The notes: generated from the sequence alone by a model not told the origin. Positions 25,000-37,949 are shown, counted from the whole stretch's first letter. The stretch: DNA of 63,805 nucleotides, filler included, from Octopus bimaculoides (GCF_001194135.2; 6 parts of 6 records of this genome joined end to end with filler, not necessarily neighbours in it); one strand, 5' to 3'. Translations and numbers: made by a program.

Positions 25000-26420
25000 A
25001 AATTTAGCTTAGAAAATGTGCCAAAGCAACCTTGAAAAGAGGAAAACTGGTTAAGAGTAGCAACATCACACTAGATAAAGTAAATGAAATAAGAGAATTA
25101 GACCAAAGCCAAATATACAAATACTTAGGAATCAATGAAATAGATATGATACAACACAAAATAGAAGAGAAGGTAAGAAAGGAATACTACAAATGAGTAA
25201 AATTAATACTGAAAACAGAGCTCAATGTGAAAAACAAGATAATGGGTATCAACATTCTAGCCATCCTAGTTATAAGTTACTGCTTCAGTATTCTTAACTG
25301 GGTTTTAAATGAACTAATCAAAACAGACAGGAAAACAAGAAAAATAATGACAGGATAAATCTTGCACCACCCAAAATCTGAAATAGGAAGGTTATATACA
25401 CAATGGATTGAAGATGGTAGCAGCCTTATACAGTTAGAAAACTATTACAAAACAACCACCATTGGAATACAGAAATACATACTTCAAATGCAAGGAAAAC
25501 TAATACAAATAGCCACAAAACATGAATAAAACAAAAATCAGTTTTCAGTCTTTAAGGAAGCTGACAAATACAAAAAAGAAGCCACTATGAAGAAAAAGAA
25601 GAAACAATGAAAGCTGTAAAACAACTGAAATCCAACCTAAAACTGGAACAGTAACAGATCATGATAAAACAATGGCAAGGAAAGCCTCTTCAATGGCAAA
25701 TACTGGGTTAAACTAAACAGAAAAGAAATAGACAAAGCAAAATCCCAACAATGGCTGAGAAGCTCATGACTCAAAGTAGAGACTGAAGGATTTTTAATTG
25801 CAACACAAGATCAAAGCCTTCCCACCAGAAATTACCAAAAACATATAATGAAAAGAAATACAAGTAACTGCAGAGTATGTGGAGATGGAGAAGAAACAAT
25901 AAATCATATTGTCTCTGGCTGCCTAGTCTTAGCTAAGAAGGAATATATTCACAGACACAACAGAGTTGGGACTTATATACACTGGAAGCTATGCCAACAC
26001 TGTGGAATAATAACAGAAAAAAGATGTTATANNNNNNNNNNCCAACACTGTGGAATAATAACAGAAAAAAGATGTTATAGGCACACACCAGAAAAGGTCA
26101 CAGAAAATGAGAAAGCAACCATACTCTGGGATATGCCAATACACACTGATAGAGAAATTAAAGCCAATATACCGGATATAGTTGTCAGAGATCACTAAGA
26201 AAAAAAAATGTTTTCTCATCGATGTTTCAATACCAACAGGTAACAATGTTTCTCTAAAAGAAATAGAGAACCTTTCAAAATACAAAGATCTGGAAATAGA
26301 GGTAACTCGAATGTAGAGTCTAAAAACAGAAACAATTCCTATCATAGTAGGTATGATAAGAAATATTCAGACAAATACATAACAAAAACTCCAGGACTAA
26401 CAAGTATATATAACATACAG
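25000..26420 (+). mobile_element. R4/Dong-like LINE fragment: RT C-terminus, CCHC knuckle, REL endonuclease
   Basis: YKYLGINE, CRVCGDGEETINHIVSGC, HRHNRVGTYIHWKLC, ILWDMPIHTDREIKANIPDIVV, LIDVSIP, SKYKDLEIE. Confidence 0.88.
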
Positions 26421-27774
26421 AAAACCACACCTCTTATATTTACAATAAGTGTGCCAACCATTACACCAACATACCCACTCACTTCTTTCTGTTAGATTTA
26501 AGAATTATAATTTCATAATGTTTTTTTAAACAAACAAATGTGTGTTTTCTGCACTAAATGTAGAAGTAGTGATGAGTGACAATTCTGTAATAATAATAAA
26601 AAAAATAATAACAATAAGAAGAAGAAAAAGAAGAGTTACTGTTCAACAAAAACCTTAACCTGGGATTCTAAAAAGAGAAAGAATGATCTGAGCATCGAAT
26701 GAAGACTTTTGATATTGTTCCCTTTTATGTGGGCCCTGGAAACATTAGCCAATATTAAGGTAATGCATGACTAAATTATAAACAATACTGCAGGTAATAA
26801 ACAAAAGAAAGAATTAGAGAAACTAACCCTAAACCAGGTGCTATCTCCTCATGTTTTTGTTGCAACACTGCCTCTCTGCTGCATAGGGTTTGTATATTGG
26901 AAACTTAAAGCAGCATTTCATAATAACAAAATAGTGTGTGGGGACGCAATGCTAGAAATAGCTAAACACTTTCAAATCACACCCTCCTGGATGTGTTAAA
27001 GCTGGAACACTTTTTATTATGAGTCTGCTTGATCAAGACTGATCTGGGACTATATAACTACAGTTATATAGTGTCTCTGAGGGGCTTTTACATAATCCTT
27101 TGACAACTACCAAATTTTAAAGAAAGAAATGAAGGACACATTGAACAGTGTAGTCTCATAGCAGGAAAAGGATGAGATGGTCATAGCTTGAATATCTGCT
27201 TGATTACAGCTTACTTGCAACTAAACAACAACAACCACACCTCTCCCGATGTGTTAGTATTATTAAAGCTTTAGTCCACGCTATTTATGTTAAAATCGAT
27301 GTGAAATAGAACATTAATGGAGTGGGGATACTAATGCTGTTGCTGTTATATTTTTCTGTTGCTTTTTATGTTGATTGTGTCTCCACAGAATTGGTGGGTT
27401 GATCTGAGATTTGGATACCATCAATGGTCTGATATCCTTATCTTTGTTAGGGCCTTTCTTGATGGATGAGTTTATTTGGTTATACAGGAAAAGTATGATT
27501 TGCATTAATGCTGAGATTGAAAGGGTTATATAAAATTTTGTAAACTTATAAACTGCTATTAAAATATAAAAGGAGTTTTCTGGCATGCATAATGATTATT
27601 GGTACAAAATAACTAAATGGCTATCCTTATTTACTCATTAACAAGATAAACCCATTAAAAGAACATCCCACTGTTTGAAGAAACCCAAAATGGCAGTCAG
27701 TGGAATATAACCAATCCATCTAATTCTTAGACAGTACACAACACTCAAAACATATGCACGCACACATAAATATG

Positions 27775-27808
<34 letters not shown>

Positions 27809-28415
27809 ATGTGCGTGCGTGTGTGTGTGAGTGTGTGTGAGTGAGTGTATGTGAATAATCCAGACAACCTTAACATACACCTCAGACAGAATCAAGGGGA
27901 CAAGAACAATCCATTGAATTTACAAATACATAACAGGAGCACACAGACACTCACATGCACTCATACACACACATTTNNNNNNNNNNNNNNNNNNNNNNNN
28001 NNNNNNNNNNNNNNNNNNNNNNNNNNNNNNNNNNNNNNNNNNNNNNNNNNNNNNNNNNNNNNNNNNNNNNNNNNNNNNNNNNNNNNNNNNNNNNNNNNNN
28101 NNNNNNNNNNNNNNNNNNNNNNNNNNNNNNNNNNNNNNNNNNNNNNNNNNNNNNNNNNNNNNNNNNNNNTCATGTGTATCACATTATATTAAACCAAGTT
28201 GTCATTTACAACCAACCTTTGCTGCTAACACATTATTCACAACTTCTTCCCTGCTGACTGATTGCTTTTCTCTTCATTAACATGGTTAAAATAACATTTA
28301 CAGTCGTGGACATCTAAGCTTAGACATACACTGGACATCAATCTCATTTTTCTCTCTGTCACTGTCTGTCTCTCATTCTCTCTCTCTCTCTCTGTCACTA
28401 TCTGCCTGCCTGTCT

Positions 28416-28452
<37 letters not shown>

Positions 28453-29267
28453 ATACATATGTATACAAACATACATACACATGCTCTCAGTCAACCTTTT
28501 TCTTCTCTTTCTCTCTCCCTTCTCTTTCTTCCATGCATACACACACACACATACACGCATGCACACATATTGGTATATGTGTATATAGATATATAAAGCT
28601 AGAGACAGATAAACAGTGTATAGCCAGATAAAAAAGTTATAAGCAAGAGACACATGCGGTTTCATAGACACAAATACAGTTTTCAATCATCATATATATT
28701 GATAAATCAAAGCTCAGTTGTTGTTTACACTTGGCAGAGATGACTGAGAAAAGATAAAAGAAATTAAAAGAAATACCAAATATTAAAATCAACAAAAATA
28801 ATTGAATGTTAAAAAGAAGAAATAAGAATTTAGAATGAAATTCTTTTCTGAAAAAACAAACAAACCAAAACCAAAAAACTCCCATCCCTCTCCCTTTCAA
28901 GAAAAAAAATGAAGACATAATAGATACACACATATAGACACACATATATATGTACACACACTCACACACAAGTATCTCAAAGTTTGTGTTTCATATATGA
29001 TACCTGATATATGATATTGAGGTATATCATACAGTATATCATATATATTATACCACACACACACATGCATGTGCACATGCTGACACCCCTATACATTATA
29101 TGTGTATATGAAAACCTTTTAACAAACACAGCAAGTAAAAGACACGATATGATCAATAAATAAAACAGTAAAAACAAAGGAAACGAAATATAAAAAAAAA
29201 ACACGAAACAATTTTCAAACAATAATAATGTCATTTCAGAATCACCAATTTAAAAATAGTAAATTAC

Positions 29268-29354
29268 CCCCTCTACATTCCTTTCCTTCACCATCTTTGA
29301 AATCAGCTTGTTTGGCTCCATTTTCCACAAAATCTCCAGCAGAATCTCATCAAC
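29268..29354 (-). CDS. Candidate exon of an unidentified host gene (VDEILLEILWKMEPNKLISKMVKERNVEG)
   Basis: Acceptor ccatttttatacccacttcag, donor gtaatt, 87 nt open in phase 0, in non-repeat DNA. No homology recognised. Confidence 0.3.
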
Positions 29355-29484
29355 CTGAAGTGGGTATAAAAATGGTTGTCAGAGGTAAGATACATTCTTC
29401 TTTGATTCTTTTACTAAACATAGCATTCTTGTATGTAGATAGTTAAAGGCAAAATTAGATCTAGGTGGGATTTGATTTGAGATC

Positions 29485-29950
29485 ATCATCATCATCATCA
29501 TCATCATCGTTTAAGATTCATTTTTCATGTTGGCATTGGATTAGACAAAGCTGGAGAGTTGCACCAGGCTCCAGTTTGATTTGGTTCGGTTTCTACACTG
29601 AATGCCTTTCCTAATGTCAACCACTACTATGAGCACAGAGTGTACAGGGTGCCTTTTACATGTCACCAGCACAGGCGCTTCTTATGTGTCACCAGCATCG
29701 GTGCCTTTTATGAGTCACGGCACTGACCACAGCTACAGTTTCATTAACTTAAGCACAGCAAATTGCCAAAAGTCTTGACCATTGCCCCTGTGATATCAGC
29801 ACTTCTTTTTGCAGCTGTCCTTATCCATACCAGTGCAGTATTCTGTCTTGCACACTACATCTGATGCCTCTTATACCCAGTTTTTCTCTCAAGACACACT
29901 CTGTTGTATATGCACACTGACACTGCACATCGAGCAGAGCATAGAGACAT
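29485..29950 (-). mobile_element. 3' fragment of an RTE-family LINE
   Basis: (CAT)n-cgtttaa tail and 3' UTR similar to 10484-11150, plus a coding remnant similar to 11340-11460. Confidence 0.7.
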
Positions 29951-30205
29951 ATTCAAATACTTCAAGAGATAAAAAAAAAGAGGGGCAAAACATTTCTGTG
30001 TTTGCTGCTGTGATTACATTTGCTTTATTGTGTTTATAGTGTGGTTTTCATTTAGCCCTAGCTCAGCCCCACATAGCCAACCTTTAATTAAATACTATCC
30101 TTTTGAACAAAAGTTTCCCATGTGACTCATTGACCTGTATTACTGAGATCAGTTGTTTCCATGTGAAAAAATGTATTGCAATATTATCCAAAGGTAAAAG
30201 TTTAC

Positions 30206-30251
30206 CTTCCATTTACATCACACAAGGCAGACTTGCAGATAAACAACAGCC
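30206..30251 (-). other. Candidate 46-nt exon, possibly untranslated
   Basis: tcttgtttttattaacttcaaaaaattccag|GGCTG...ATGGAAG|gtaaac. Splice signals only. Confidence 0.22.
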
Positions 30252-30517
30252 CTGGAATTTTTTGAAGTTAATAAAAACAAGAAAGGAAAACTTCTTGACT
30301 TTTGCAGCTCCTCCTCCCTATCTCCATCACCACTAACAGAGAAGATTGTGACTGTTTAGTCTCAAATCAACCATAATTGAGTAGACCCTTTTCTTTGATA
30401 GGCCTCACAGCCTGGTGAGAAGAAGGGATGAAGTTAGCCTCATATTGGACACTTGGTCTTAAGGTACCCAAAGTGATGGATCAAGCCTACAGTTTAAGAC
30501 CTATAATCAAAAGTATT

Positions 30518-30868
30518 CATCATCATCATCATCATCATCATCGTTTAACGTCTGCTTTCCATGCTAGCATGGGTTAGATGATTTGACTGAGGACTGGTGA
30601 AACCAGATGGCTACACCGGGCCCAGATCTGATTTGGCAGAGTTTCTACAGCTGGATGCCCTTCCTAACGCCAACCACTCCGAGAGTGTAGTGGGTGCTTT
30701 TACATGCCACCGGCACGAAGGCCAGTCAGGCGGTACTGGCAACGGCCACACTCAAAATGGTGTATTTTATGTGACACCCGCACAAGAGCCAGTCCAGGGG
30801 CACTGGCAACGATCTCACTCGAAAGTCCTTACACATGCCACGGGCACAAGTGCCAGAAAGGCAATGCT
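30518..30868 (-). mobile_element. 3' UTR fragment of the RTE family
   Basis: Matches 10484-10830; cut by the gap at 30869. Confidence 0.85.
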
Positions 30869-31030
30869 NNNNNNNNNNNNNNNNNNNNNNNNNNNNNNNN
30901 NNNNNNNNNNNNTTAATTAATTAANNNNNNNNNNNNNNNNNNNNNNNNNNNNNNNNNNNNNNNNNNNNTGTGTGTGTGTGTGTGTGTGTGTGTGTGTTGA
31001 CTTATTTCAGCGATGTAGGAGGAGCCAAAG

Positions 31031-31106
31031 TTTTATAAGCGCCAAAGTCATAGTGACTTTGGCTATAAAAGTAGCCAAAGTCACTATGACTTCGGCGCTT
31101 ATGAAA
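31031..31106. repeat. 76-bp nested palindrome (35-bp arms, 33/35 matching, 6-nt loop)
   Basis: Arms compared base by base; each arm contains its own 9-bp inverted repeat with a 3-nt spacer. Confidence 0.95.
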
Positions 31107-31433
31107 TGGTTTTATCCATGTATTGTTCTCTTTTTCTTTCCATTAATTCCCATGTACTTCACCATTATTTCAGTATATTTAATTCTATATTTATTTTATC
31201 GACCATCAGGAGTTAGGATTTAATGTCCATTGTGGCAGTATGTTATAAGAGATGATTAAATATAAACCTTCGTTTGATTAAGGCAAATTACGCCTATGTT
31301 CAGTTTCATAATGACCATCATGCGCGACATATAACACAGCTTCCATGCACACATATATATATCGATAGAACGAACATGTAAAAATTATATGCTTGCCAAA
31401 GCGTGAAGCTATTTTTCAGATTGTTCCTCTTAC

Positions 31434-31550
31434 CAATTAGTTTTTTGCAAAGCTTATTCTATGTTACAAAAATATATGACTGTAAGTACGCCGCACAACA
31501 CAGAAAGAACTGCAGAGTCTTGATAAGCCGATCTCTGGACACCGGAAGAA
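31434..31550 (-). promoter_or_regulatory. Candidate CpG-rich promoter or first exon of a leftward gene
   Basis: ETS-like CTTCCGGT (minus strand, 31541-31548), donor CTAATTG|gtaaga at 31434/31433, CpG-rich unique DNA. Motif evidence only. Confidence 0.22.
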
Positions 31551-31698
31551 AACTTGGCTACTGGCTGATTTTTCAAACGTTTTTTTTTTCTTCCAAATAT
31601 ATTTCTGAAAACTTAACTAATTTGTTCAAAACCGTGTTACATGCAATATTACATTGACTATTAACATACCTCTTGTTGTGAAACATTAAAATGGTGAT

Positions 31699-31699
<1 letters not shown>

Positions 31700-31772
<73 letters not shown>
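31700..31772. repeat. (GATA)n microsatellite
   Basis: Read directly. Confidence 0.97.
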
Positions 31773-31990
31773 CGAGGGAGTGCTGAAAAGTTCCTAGCTT
31801 TAAGCGTGTCACGAAAGGCCTAGTTTGAGACCCAACCTTCCGAGTTCTTTTGCAGGGCCTAGAAAAACTGAAGGACTGTTGCAATAAGTGTGTGAATCTG
31901 AGAGGGGAATATGTTTAATTAAAATTATAATTAACTGATCCTCTTGTATTTTCTTTTACCGAAACCAGGAACTTTTCAGCAATCGCTCAA
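31771..31990 (+). mobile_element. Mariner-derived MITE (~220 bp)
   Basis: TIRs tacgagggagtgctgaaaagttcct and aggaacttttcagc; interior encodes the transposase C-terminus (GLEKLKDCCNKCVNLRGEY). Confidence 0.85.
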
Positions 31991-32429
31991 ATAAATAAAG
32001 GATTTACTTGAAAAACATTTTATTGTTTTATTTATACGTTATTTCCCCCTTTGAAGTAACACTTAATACTTACTAGGTGACCTAAACACGATTCTTGAAA
32101 ATAAGTCACGAATACGCATCTCCGCCATCCACCCAAAATAATGAAATATAAAAAAAAAGCTCAATTAGCACAGTGTTTTTTTTTTATATGGGTGGGGAGG
32201 CCGTGAAGATTGAAAAAGGGACAAACAGTCATCTTTTTATTTTATACACTCTTTTACTTGTTTCAGTCATTGAACTTCAACCAGGCTGGAACGTTAGCGT
32301 GAAGATTTTAATCGTTCAAATCGATTCTAGTAGTTATTGTATTTAATTTGACATTTATTCTATCGGTTTTATTTTTCCGAACCGCTAAGTTTACGGTGAC
32401 ATGTACACACCAGTATCGGTCGTCAAGCG

Positions 32430-32650
32430 ATGGCGGTAGAGGGGAACAAACACACACATATGTCCAAAGAAACGAGAAATGTTGGACATGGACGGATATG
32501 TTGTACGCTTCCATCTACCAAATCCACTCACAAAACTTCGGTCGGCCCGAGGTTATAGCAGAAGACACTTGCCCAAGATGCCACGCAGTAGGAATGAACC
32601 TGGAACCATGTGGTCGGGAAGCAAGCGTCTTATCACACATCCAAGCCTGT
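32430..32650 (-). mobile_element. tRNA-derived SINE family B
   Basis: Reverse complement of the head and body at 42454-42600. Confidence 0.75.
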
Positions 32651-33155
32651 GCCTAACCGTTGCAGCTCATTTTTGCCATCTAAGTGGAATAAAGCAACGG
32701 GAAATAAAATGTCTTTTTCAAGGATATAACGCCCAACTAGGAATCGAATTCACGACCTTAAACGATCGTGAGCCAAAAATTTCCCCTAACCATTAAGCCA
32801 CGAGCCATCAATGAAATGATGTGTTCATTACCGATTTATGTAGAAGGAAACAGTTTCAGTAGAGAATCCCAATCTGATTGATAAGTCTTTGGATCAAGGA
32901 ATATTCTGCCAGTTCACCAGCTCATCAGCACACAAAATACACAGTGGTTCCTTGGGAGAAACATTAAATCTGAGATTCTCGGTTATCGAAGGGACACAAA
33001 ACATGTGAAACAACTTTAAAGAGGGATCGAAATCGTGTAGACAAAATCAAACGTATTTGTGAGCAAATCTTTATTCAACTGTTCCCTCTTTTTTCAATAT
33101 CAACAATGACGAGAGGAATAGGAACTGCTCAGGAAAATCAAACAAGGATGCACCC

Positions 33156-33193
<38 letters not shown>

Positions 33194-34217
33194 GATTGAG
33201 ACACAGACGGGCAGACGGACAGACAAACACACTCACATACACACAGGCATATAGAAATTCAATTAAGAAGGCTTTCATGTTGCCATATTACCACATGGGA
33301 AAAGATTGACCTGATGATATAACTGGGTCAGTAGGGTCGCCAAATGTTTCTTTTATTTTTATTTTTATTTTTACATTTTGTGTTTTTTATTGTTTTTAGT
33401 CGGAATTGATAATCAAGTTTTAAAGAAACTTCTCCCACCTGGAGGATCAGCAAGCATGAGATATCTTTTTGAAGTCAGTCAACTTTATTGAACTTCCAAG
33501 TTAAGGAAACAACTCCTTAATTTTAAAGCCATTGTAAAAAAATCCTTTATTTATTTATTTATTCATTCATTCTTTGATACGTTCCTTCGTTTAATTAAAA
33601 CCAATTCAAAATACATCCGGTCCAATTTTCGTAACATAATCCTCCACCCACTCGCTGCCTATAATACACAAACTAGCCACCCTTAACTTATTTTCGCTTT
33701 TGTCTTTTTCGTTTTTATACTTTATTTTCTGAAGCCCCTTTCTGCCCCTCAATTTCTGTCACTCTGTCTCTCTTTCTCTCCCTCTCTCTCTCTCTACTTC
33801 TATCTCTCTCTCTCTCTCCCCTTCCAGCCAACTCTTTTACCTCCCACCCTCACGTTTCCTCCTTTCTGTCTCTCCCTTACGTTTATTTTATCATCTGTTT
33901 CTTTATTCTATTTATTGTTTAATGCAACCAGCTTTTCCTTAGCTCGCTCGTCTACTCTACTCTTTCTTTCCTTTTCAAAACATATAAACAAATATGTGAG
34001 TGTATGTGTGTAGGTGTATACATGTATGCATGCATGCATGCATATATATANNNNNNNNNNNNNNNNNNNNNNNNNNNNNNNNNNNNNNNNNNNNNNNNNN
34101 NNNNNNNNNNNNNNNNNNNNNNNNNNNNNNNNNNNNNNNNNNNNNNNNNNNNNNNNNNNNNNNNNNNNNNNNNNNNNNNNNNNNNNNNNNNNNNNNNNNN
34201 NNNNNNNNNNNNNNNNN

Positions 34218-34267
<50 letters not shown>

Positions 34268-34453
34268 TATATATATATATATACATATATACATATATAT
34301 ATGTATATATATATGAATATGTATATATACTTACACATATTGTTGTGTTGAAGTGGGTGGTTAGAAGTTAACCAAGCACACGTAGTAACACATTTCCAAT
34401 GTGCTCTCAAAGTTGGTCGACAAGGCATCACCCCTTTTTTTTTTATATACATA

Positions 34454-34548
34454 GGCGCAAGAGTGGCTGTGTGGTAAATAACTTGCTTACCAACCACATA
34501 GTTCCGGGTTCAGTCCCACTACGTGGCACCTTGGACAAATGTCTTCAA
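34454..34548 (+). mobile_element. SINE family B head
   Basis: ggcgcaagagtggctgtgtggtaa...gggttcagtccc. Confidence 0.8.
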
Positions 34549-35109
34549 CTGGATCCTATCCTGAATACTTAAGCTTATATTCCAAAACTTCATTTATCAG
34601 ACCACTTGCTCAGGTGACTTTATTCAAAGACTCCATCAACAGATATGTCTTTATCATTGTCGTTGTTCGCTTTTATATCTATTCCTGATCTCCTAGTCAT
34701 TAACTTTCTAACTGATTGCGTCATCTCTTCCAACCTCTATAGACATCCAGCAACTCCTGTCCACTGAGGAAAACACAAACTTCGTCTTCTTTAACCATTA
34801 TTACAATCACTCTTCAACTTTATTCCATGGGCTCCAATCTGTCTGTCCACCGTTTGTATGAACTGGACTAGCTGGACTGCAGAAAGCCCAGCACGTTCAC
34901 CAGAGCTATGGGTAACAAATTCGTCTTCATATCTTCTCGGAGAGAGTAAGATACAAAATCTGATGACCACATAGGCTTCAATGAGGAACATCTATCAACA
35001 CTGGATCTCTCTCTAGCTGAAATTCCCACTGAGAACCACAGAACAGAGGAAAAAGACGTTAGATCAATTTCTAGAAAATTTTATCCTACAGAAACCAGAA
35101 TGATTCAAA

Positions 35110-35690
35110 ATAAACTCAATGGTAGATGGTGGGGACCTTTACGTGATGCATGCACAGCGAAGAAACTATTCTACACGCACTCGTCCAGTGCCCGCGTGTA
35201 GCTGAATTGTGGAATTATATCGAATACCAACCTTCGCTTGAAAAACAAACCTGGTTATCTGCTGAGACCATTGAGAATATCGTCACGCCGAATTTATTTG
35301 GTCTACAAGGACAAGCGTGTTTATCTGTTTAGTTGTATTAGCGAAAGAGACTGTGTAGTCGGCTGAGAGGGCTGATGACAGAAAGCTTCTCCTTAACCCA
35401 AGCTCTGAAAACTATTTTTAAGTTTCACTCGGAAAAGTAAATGAAAGATGGGTGAATGTGCCAAGAACGGTCCCTTCTCTAAACATGCGTCTGTAAATTG
35501 AGGAAGAAGGATGGGGACAGAGTATCTATCCTAGAGATCTTGGTGGCCGTGGTTTTAATGAGCAGCCCTTTGTTTCCATTATTTTACTGTTTTCAAGCAT
35601 TGATATTACTCCAAATCATATCATATTGTATTGTATAGTCCAGTACTAACCTTGTTTTTTGAGTAACCCTTATTAATAAAGAAATAATAT
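35110..35690 (+). mobile_element. 3' end of an L1/Tx1-clade LINE
   Basis: EETILHALVQCPRVAELW knuckle remnant; T-rich 3' UTR ending aataaagaaataata. Confidence 0.7.
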
Positions 35691-35719
35691 CATCATGATG
35701 ATCATCATTATTATTACTG

Positions 35720-36095
35720 CAGGCACGTGGCCTAAAGGTCTAGGTGATGCACTCATGATCTAGCGATTGTGGTTTCGATTCCCGAACCGAGCGGCGCGTT
35801 TCTCCAATCCAGTCAGCTGTAAATAGGTAACCCTGCGATGGACTAACCTTCCGATCAGGGGGAATGTCGGCCCTTTCGCCTAACCAGCGGGGTGGTATCA
35901 TTCGAAAGTTAAAACAATGCAAAACATCAGTGAGCTGGCAGAATCGTTAGCACACTGGGGTCGATTTAATCAACTGCCCCCTCCCCCAAAATTTCTGGCC
36001 TTGTATCTAGAGTAAAAAAAAAAATCGTTAGCACGCCGGGCGAAATGCTTAGCGATATTTCGTCCGTCTTTGTGCCAAAATTTGAAACCATTATT
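35720..36095 (+). mobile_element. Adjacent tRNA-derived SINE fragments (family C head, then rearranged family A)
   Basis: ggcacgtggcctaaaggt...ggtttcgattccc head; gagctggcagaatcgttagca and cgttagcacgccgggcgaaatgcttagcg segments. Confidence 0.65.
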
Positions 36096-37223
36096 ATGAT
36101 TATTATTAAATGCTGTAAAAATGTTATCTTTGTTCTTATATTTAATCTGCATTAATATGGTTTTCTAAATCATGGAATTTTTAAAAATATATTTCGCAAT
36201 ACCTCAAACATGCGCACACACTCACACACAAACACAGACATATACACATGCACGCACCACGCGCGCACACACACACATATATACACTCAGAGATAGACAC
36301 ACACACTCCTACACACAAGCGCATACATAAAACTTCTCAGTTTACTGATCGCCATTTTTTTCTGTCTTTCTTTCTAAAGACAAAAAAAAAACAGAATTAG
36401 AAATAACAATCATTAAAGGACAATCTTGTATAAACTAATTTTGATTAAAAGTAAGAGAAAGAAGCACTTAATCTGGACAGATTTTTGTTATTAGTGTTCT
36501 CTTCATTAAAAGGTTACGCTAGCGTGGGAGTAAACAGGATTCTGTTACTCTGCTTTGCGTTGCTTTCTTTTGTTTTGGCTTTTTACCGTGTTGTATTGTG
36601 TTGTAATATAGATTCTACGTATATATATATATATATATATATTAGAGGTGTATATATGCGAAGGTGCATATTTATGTGGGTGTGGTGTGTATGTGTGTTT
36701 GTGTCTCTGTATTATGTGCGTGTGTCTCCGACAGATTTTCTTTCTTTTTCCACCAAAGTTAAGTGAACACCGTTTGTAATTAAGCCATTTCAGCTGAAAA
36801 AACACACATAGTATGAAATTAAAAGTAAAAGAACAATAAAATGAATAAAATATAATAAATCTAATGTGCAACCGGAACTAGCTTCCAGACCGGAAGTAAT
36901 ACAATTATTGAAGCTATTCACGGAAAATTATTTTCTAGACAGGACCTTATTCCATTTTTTTTTCCACTTATTTTTCAGTTTATTTTTAATTTTTTCTTTA
37001 TGCTATTTTTATCCTACCCTCACCATTTTCTTTTCTTTACCATTCTTTATTTTCTACTTGATTTTGTTTTTATTTTATTTTTATTTTTGTAATCGATTTA
37101 CCTGCTAATCACAGTTCTGATGCTTGGCTAACTTTCATACCGCGAATCTACATTTATGTAAGAATGTATGCATGTATGAGTTTATGTGTGGTATCTAACT
37201 ACGTATGAATATATATGTATTGA

Positions 37224-37254
<31 letters not shown>

Positions 37255-37464
37255 CATACATACATACATACATACATACTACATACATACATACATACAT
37301 ACATACATACATAGACAGACACACAGACGTATATTCATATACATATAGATGTGTCATTTCTTTGTATAAAATAGTAACATTGAATTGAATTTATCATTTA
37401 ATGATTAAATTATTTAATTGTTGAATTTATTATTTTGGTTTCCATTTCTAAATTACATACATAC

Positions 37465-37508
<44 letters not shown>

Positions 37509-37949
37509 NNNNNNNNNNNNNNNNNNNNNNNNNNNNNNNNNNNNNNNNNNNNTTAATTAATTAANNNNNNNNNNNNNNNNNNNNNNNNNNNNNNNNNNNN
37601 NNNNNNNNATATATTCAATTGTGACATATCATTTCCACAGATGTACCCTGTTTCTATTTCTAGCAACTCGTAGCAGTTGTCAACACTTTGCATGTAGTGA
37701 AGAATTATGTGTACCAACGACAAATTAAGTCCAGCGAATAAATTATTTTTAATTATGAATCCATTCACTCATTTGTTTACTTCAAAGGCATACACTTTCC
37801 TTTTGCATCTGTTTACCATGATACACATCTAACCACTACATTTTGTGACTCCGTCAATGAATTGCAGCCTTCCCTGGAACCAGCTTGTTATATGTTCACA
37901 TCTATGTGCATGCGTAGGTATACGTAAATATGAATACATCTTCACTAGT

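Noticed and set aside
30913-30924. TTAATTAATTAA islands centred in N runs (also 37553, 45483, 56517, 60506)
   Set aside because: An identical 12-mer with stops in all six frames inside fixed-size gaps is a contig-join linker, not biology.
33310-33335. CTGATGA within a short tgacc/ggtca stem (hammerhead-like)
   Set aside because: No GAAA or stems II/III, so the core cannot be assembled.
34560-34991. Minus-strand stretch with few stops (…SGERAGLSAVQL…GAHGIK…)
   Set aside because: No recognisable domain or splice sites; the stop deficit is too small to trust without a search.
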